Shown here piece after piece: positions 6,940 through 10,934 of a stretch of DNA of 10,934 nucleotides (the stretch's first letter is position 1; every line of letters begins with the position of its first letter). The notes beneath the pieces were generated by a model. That model saw nothing but the letters and a program-made list of their open reading frames with translations. It made no database searches and was not told the DNA's origin. The translations under genes and the position numbers were made by a program. The stretch is from Bacteriovoracaceae bacterium (GTDB taxonomy: Bacteria > Bdellovibrionota > Bacteriovoracia > Bacteriovoracales > Bacteriovoracaceae), in contig JBMYPC010000105.1 of the NCBI GenBank assembly GCA_049599895.1, forward strand, positions 1-10,934. The letters run 5' to 3'.

Positions 6940-7479
6940 ATGAGCTTTATTAAAGGTCTTTATTATTTCAACTTTGGAACAACAGGAGCCTCATTTTTTT
7001 CATGGACCACAATCATTGCTGGTGGTGCTTTTGGGTTTTACACAAAAAGCTGGGGATGGAGAATTATTTGGAGCGGTTTGAATATTCTGATAGCACTTGG
7101 CATGTATGCTTCTCATGGAAGGCCAATGGAGGCCTTGATTGGCTCAATTAGTACTCTTATTTTCTTTCAGCTTCCATTTTGGACTTCTGTATACCTTCAA
7201 GAGGCTGAAGAAGACGAGAGGATCGAAAAGCTAAAGAACCGTATCTCAGGCATGAGTGAGATTGGAGTTGTTCAATATATTGAAAATTATTTTAATTGTT
7301 TGATTGCAACTAATAGCGGTTGGCTAATTCAAAATTGGCATAATCTTTCAGATGATCAAAAGTGTAATTGGGTTAAGTCACATCGAAAACAAATCAATGA
7401 AAAACTTTATATGGCCCAAAATGCACTTGAATTGATTCAGTTAATGCAACAGTGGTCACGGTTTAAAAAAGCAAGTTGA
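6940..7479 (+). CDS. Hypothetical membrane protein (about 3 N-terminal TM helices, soluble C-terminus)
   Basis: GGGGGAG RBS, 9 bp after the previous stop. Hydrophobic N-terminal half. Confidence 0.75.
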   Translation: MSFIKGLYYFNFGTTGASFFSWTTIIAGGAFGFYTKSWGWRIIWSGLNILIALGMYASHGRPMEALIGSISTLIFFQLPFWTSVYLQEAEEDERIEKLKNRISGMSEIGVVQYIENYFNCLIATNSGWLIQNWHNLSDDQKCNWVKSHRKQINEKLYMAQNALELIQLMQQWSRFKKAS

Positions 7480-7734
7480 AATTGCTCGAAATTCATCGAT
7501 TTACTTAAATGTAACCATTGATGCTCGATTGATTTTTAAGTCGTTTAAATCGACGGTTTTGGGCGTATCCCGATGTGTTGAAACCACGATTAATACAAGT
7601 GTTTTGAATGTTTTTAGGTGGCGTTGCGACAATTGATTGAAAATAACTGCTGAAACGACGCCTCGTGTCTTAATGAGATTTTAGACATATAATTTCAACA
7701 CAAATGAAACGAACGACTTAACAAAAGGAGAGTT

Positions 7735-7950
7735 ATGACTGCAAAAAGACAAGTCTTAAATTCTTTGGTTGGTGAGCGCGTAAGCGTCTTATGCCTAGAC
7801 AGAGAAGAAACTGAGATTGTTGGTGAGCTGCTAGAAATTGATGAATATGGGGTTACTCTAAAATACAGTAGCCATTCGCGGGAGTTCATTGATTGGATTC
7901 CTGTTCAGAATCTCAGCATGCTTAGTTACAAAGTTTTAGACGTTAAGTAG
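7735..7950 (+). CDS. Small Sm/LSm/Hfq-like fold protein (putative)
   Basis: AAAGGAG RBS. Pattern LNSLVGERVSV...IVGELLEIDEYGVTL...WIPVQNLSML resembles the Sm1 and Sm2 motifs. Confidence 0.6.
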   Translation: MTAKRQVLNSLVGERVSVLCLDREETEIVGELLEIDEYGVTLKYSSHSREFIDWIPVQNLSMLSYKVLDVK

Positions 7951-7977
7951 TTAAACTTTTAGGTGGCGCCACCTTCT

Positions 7978-8562
7978 ATGAAAAGCAATCGTGTTGCTCT
8001 CTATCTGAGAGTAAGTACAACCCATCAAAATACAGAACTCCAAGAGAGAGACCTAAAGCAGTTCTGTGAATATAAAAATCTCAATATAACCCATATCTAT
8101 AAAGAGACCTGTTCTGGCTCAAAGCAATCACGACCAGAGCTAAAAAAACTAATGAATGATGCCCGTAAAAGAAAGTTTGATATTGTTCTTTGCTGGAAAT
8201 TTGACCGCTACAGTAGAAGTACAAAGCACCTTGTTGAATCCCTGGAGGAGTTTGATGAGCTTGGTATTGCCTTTATTTCATATCAAGAGAACTTGGATAC
8301 AAGCTCTAGCATGGGCAGGGCCATGTTCAGTATTATCTCTGCCATTGCTCAATTAGAACGGGATTTAATCCGTGAAAGAGTGATAAGCGGGTTAAATAAT
8401 GCTCGTGAAAAAGGGCGGAAGTTAGGTAGACTGAAAAAGCGTTCGGATCAAAAAATACGTCTGCTAAGATCAAAAGGCCTGAGCTACAGGGCAATAGCAA
8501 AAGAGCTTTCGATTAGTGTAAGTTCAGTTCAGGCAGCCTTAAAGGGACTGTCTAAGAGCTAA
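7978..8562 (+). CDS. Serine recombinase, resolvase/invertase type
   Basis: ALYLRVST (catalytic Ser), SGSKQSRPEL, DRYSRS, AQLERDLIRER and C-terminal HTH GLSYRAIAKELSISVSSV. ATG 7978 preferred; GTG 7963 possible. Confidence 0.95.
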   Translation: MKSNRVALYLRVSTTHQNTELQERDLKQFCEYKNLNITHIYKETCSGSKQSRPELKKLMNDARKRKFDIVLCWKFDRYSRSTKHLVESLEEFDELGIAFISYQENLDTSSSMGRAMFSIISAIAQLERDLIRERVISGLNNAREKGRKLGRLKKRSDQKIRLLRSKGLSYRAIAKELSISVSSVQAALKGLSKS

Positions 8563-8832
8563 TTTATAAGCTAGTTTAAGCCTGTCTATAAAATTAAGCT
8601 TTGGCTTTACCATCTTCCTTGTTAGCACCAAAAAATCACTCCCAATAATCCGATGGACCTTTAAAAAGTGAATATTATTACTGTTATCAGTTACTTTCAC
8701 AGTATGATTTCTTTCAATTCTTTTCCCATTATCACCTTTGAAAAATGGAGAATCTATTGATGCGATTGCAATTTCTATTTTAGACGGAAGAAAAGCTGTC
8801 TCACCAAGCTTGAGATTGTTGATTTCGTTCAT
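8539..8832 (-). CDS. Hypothetical protein
   Basis: AAAGGA RBS before the ATG. Its 3' end overlaps the convergent recombinase by 24 bp. Confidence 0.6.
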   Translation of the reverse strand: MNEINNLKLGETAFLPSKIEIAIASIDSPFFKGDNGKRIERNHTVKVTDNSNNIHFLKVHRIIGSDFLVLTRKMVKPKLNFIDRLKLAYKLALRQSL

Positions 8833-8940
8833 TTATATTCCTTTGAAATGATGTATTCATTTCTCAAATTAATATAAACGGAGAATTTTTAGGTATTCAT
8901 GGCAGTTTCTTAGAGTTAAATTCTTAGAAAAAGGGTTTAG

Positions 8941-9777
8941 ATGAAGAATAAAAAAACAAGAATACTTATTTTGATGTCACTCTATTTCGCAAACATTGTT
9001 CTGTTTGCGTTCTTTTACAGTAAAATTCCAAATGGTTTCTATCATAGCTATGTTGCTCATGATCAAACATATAAAGAAAAACTGAAGGAGTTTATTAGTT
9101 CGAATGTGATTTGTGAGTTCATCGCCCAAGAAGTGATCGACAAAGTTAAGCTAGAAAACGATGGGGAAGATTGCTTGATTATTTTTGAGGATGAATTGAG
9201 GAAAGAGTATCCTATTCTAAAAAATTATAGACGAATTCGAATAGGTAACCCATTTTTTCGCAAAGGAAAATTAAGCTTTCCTGCTACCGTGGATACTGAC
9301 ATGAAAGTAAAGGGGCAATTGTTGAATTTTGTCAGTTACGATGGCCTTGTCTTAACAAACTATATAAATGAATTTATACAGTTTTCGACTGTAAACTCAG
9401 TACCAGCTTTTGCCATTTTTAACCTGAAAGAATATGCTGAAGCTCAACTTAACGAACAGGAATCATATCAAGCCTATGTAAGTCCATATAAAAACGCCAA
9501 GCTTTTTAACTTGCTAAGAAGTTTGATTAATTATTGGCAAAGAGGAACTGTTGAAAACGAAGTTCTTTTTGAGAGAATGTTGTATTTTAGTTTTGTAACA
9601 GCTTCCAGTATCGGTTATGGAGACATTGTCCCTGTTTCGACTGTTGCAAGATGGCTAATCGTTTTAGAATCCATCATTAGTTTTATCCTTGTCGGTCTTT
9701 TAGTTCATGCAATAACTTCCCAAGGGATAAAGCTAAATGTGCTCAAGGAAAATGACGAGCGTACTAAAAACCCATAA
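8941..9777 (+). CDS. Potassium-channel-family (two-TM pore, Ion_trans_2-like) protein
   Basis: LYFSFVTASSIGYGDIVPVSTVARWLIVLESIISFILVG (pore helix, GYG filter, inner helix). N-terminal TM LYFANIVLFAFFY. Confidence 0.88.
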   Translation: MKNKKTRILILMSLYFANIVLFAFFYSKIPNGFYHSYVAHDQTYKEKLKEFISSNVICEFIAQEVIDKVKLENDGEDCLIIFEDELRKEYPILKNYRRIRIGNPFFRKGKLSFPATVDTDMKVKGQLLNFVSYDGLVLTNYINEFIQFSTVNSVPAFAIFNLKEYAEAQLNEQESYQAYVSPYKNAKLFNLLRSLINYWQRGTVENEVLFERMLYFSFVTASSIGYGDIVPVSTVARWLIVLESIISFILVGLLVHAITSQGIKLNVLKENDERTKNP

Positions 9778-9809
9778 AGTTTCTATTTATGAGCTATCTA
9801 AAATACAGC

Positions 9810-9864
9810 AAAAAAGTAGTGTGTTTGGCTGGAATTGACCCTGCCAGTGACACACCACTGAGGG
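9810..9864 (-). terminator. Structured intergenic element between convergent genes, probable terminator
   Basis: GTGTGT (9819-9824) / ACACAC (9850-9855) and CTGG/CCAG stems, followed on the minus strand by a T-run. Alternative stem CAGTG/CACTG at 9845-9860. Confidence 0.45.
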
Positions 9865-9897
9865 TATTAAAAACATTAATTTTAAAGACCTTGTTCA

Positions 9898-10934
9898 TTA
9901 TAGTTTGGTTATACTTTTAACCCACCTCCAATCAACTTTGTAGTAACCTCTTTTAGGTGATCGAATAAAAGATTTTTGTCTTTCGACTTTTCTTACCAAT
10001 GGTATTAGTGGCTTGGGGGTCTGGCTTCCTTTGTTGGTGCAAATTTGAGCATTTTTACTTGTTAATAGACGATAAGCGGAAGGCCAATGTTTGCCAAAGA
10101 AGGATTTACAGTACCCTTTAATTACTTTTTTTCTGCCCTTGATTCTTAATGGAGGAGTCTTGGAAAGTGCTTCAATCCCTAGTTCAAATGTTACTTCTGC
10201 TAGTGTCGACATTATTTCTTTCAGATCATACTTTGTGTCAAAAGCATTACTTCCACAGTATTTAGTAATATTATCTTTTTTAAATTTCTGCTCTAATCTG
10301 TTTTGATGTCCATTTGAGGCGCATTCCTTTGTGTAGAGGATAAAGTCTGTTCCATCTAGAGAAAAGCCCTCGATAGAGTTACCGTAGTCATTGAGTGAGA
10401 ATTTTATTGATTTAGGTAAAGGGGAGTATGAAATACTGTTGCCCTGTGAATCTAAGTAACTTTTTGACGAGGATTTCAGTGCAAGATCGTCAAGGTTTTC
10501 TTTTATTGAGCTGACCTCGCTGAGTTTAATGCCTAAAGGGGTTATTATGTCATATGAAATCTCAGAGTGAAGCACTGAATATTTAAAACCATCTGCTGAA
10601 ATACTTATTTCTAGAAAGTCATTTAGGTATTCGATCAGTAATTTAATATCGCTATCAATTGACTTTAAAATGTCCTCATAAAAAAGGTCTCTTAACATTG
10701 AGTGAGTGACATCATTCTTCTTCATTACTTTTCGGTAATGAATTGGAATATAATTATCCTTGGGGGCATTTATAGAATAAGTTCGTTTGAGACCAAATCT
10801 TTCTTTTATATATTCTCTTGCGAATCTATTTCCATTACTTTCAACCTGGAAAGAAATAATACTGAATCCATTTTTTAAGATGGATTTAACTTTTAGTTTT
10901 TTGCCAGTGCGAGGATTTGAAATTTTCAAAAATT
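9898..10934 (-). CDS. Putative Rep_trans-like rolling-circle initiator/relaxase; 5' end probably outside the window
   Basis: The frame is open to the window edge. Ordered motifs HSEISYD, FILYTK and NRLE resemble the RxDxAxD, YxK and RxE motifs of the Rep_trans fold. Confidence 0.5.
   Translation of the reverse strand, partial: FLKISNPRTGKKLKVKSILKNGFSIISFQVESNGNRFAREYIKERFGLKRTYSINAPKDNYIPIHYRKVMKKNDVTHSMLRDLFYEDILKSIDSDIKLLIEYLNDFLEISISADGFKYSVLHSEISYDIITPLGIKLSEVSSIKENLDDLALKSSSKSYLDSQGNSISYSPLPKSIKFSLNDYGNSIEGFSLDGTDFILYTKECASNGHQNRLEQKFKKDNITKYCGSNAFDTKYDLKEIMSTLAEVTFELGIEALSKTPPLRIKGRKKVIKGYCKSFFGKHWPSAYRLLTSKNAQICTNKGSQTPKPLIPLVRKVERQKSFIRSPKRGYYKVDWRWVKSITKL

Noticed and set aside
7695..8356. 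ORFs 7695-7889(-) and 8156-8356(+)
   Set aside because: Antisense to, or out of frame within, well-supported genes.
8845..8863. Inverted repeat GAAATGA-N5-TCATTTC in the divergent intergenic region
   Set aside because: 7-bp AT-rich arms, single copy and no assignable regulator. Compatible with chance.
10091..10306. 71-aa plus-strand ORF
   Set aside because: Antisense shadow of the long minus-strand ORF.

Overview
AT-rich, accessory-looking region that is probably part of an integrated mobile element; the host is not determinable from sequence alone. From left to right: a 44-codon internal ribB (DHBP synthase) fragment abruptly joined to the 3' end of a beta-lactamase-family serine hydrolase; a tandem pair of 114-bp structured repeats; a small HTH/recombinase-DNA-binding-domain ORF; and a divergent sigma-70-like gene with a coupled membrane ORF. 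The main find is a compact operon at 3657-5641: RHH regulator, STAS+GHKL (anti-sigma-kinase-like) protein, DUF4325-like STAS protein and PIN/VapC-like nuclease, behind twin palindromic operators. It is a candidate phosphorylation-gated toxin-antitoxin or defence system. After it come an XRE-lipoprotein-membrane protein unit, an Sm-like gene with a serine resolvase, a GYG-type channel protein and an edge-truncated putative Rep_trans-like initiator. All family calls come from motif recognition by eye, not database searches.
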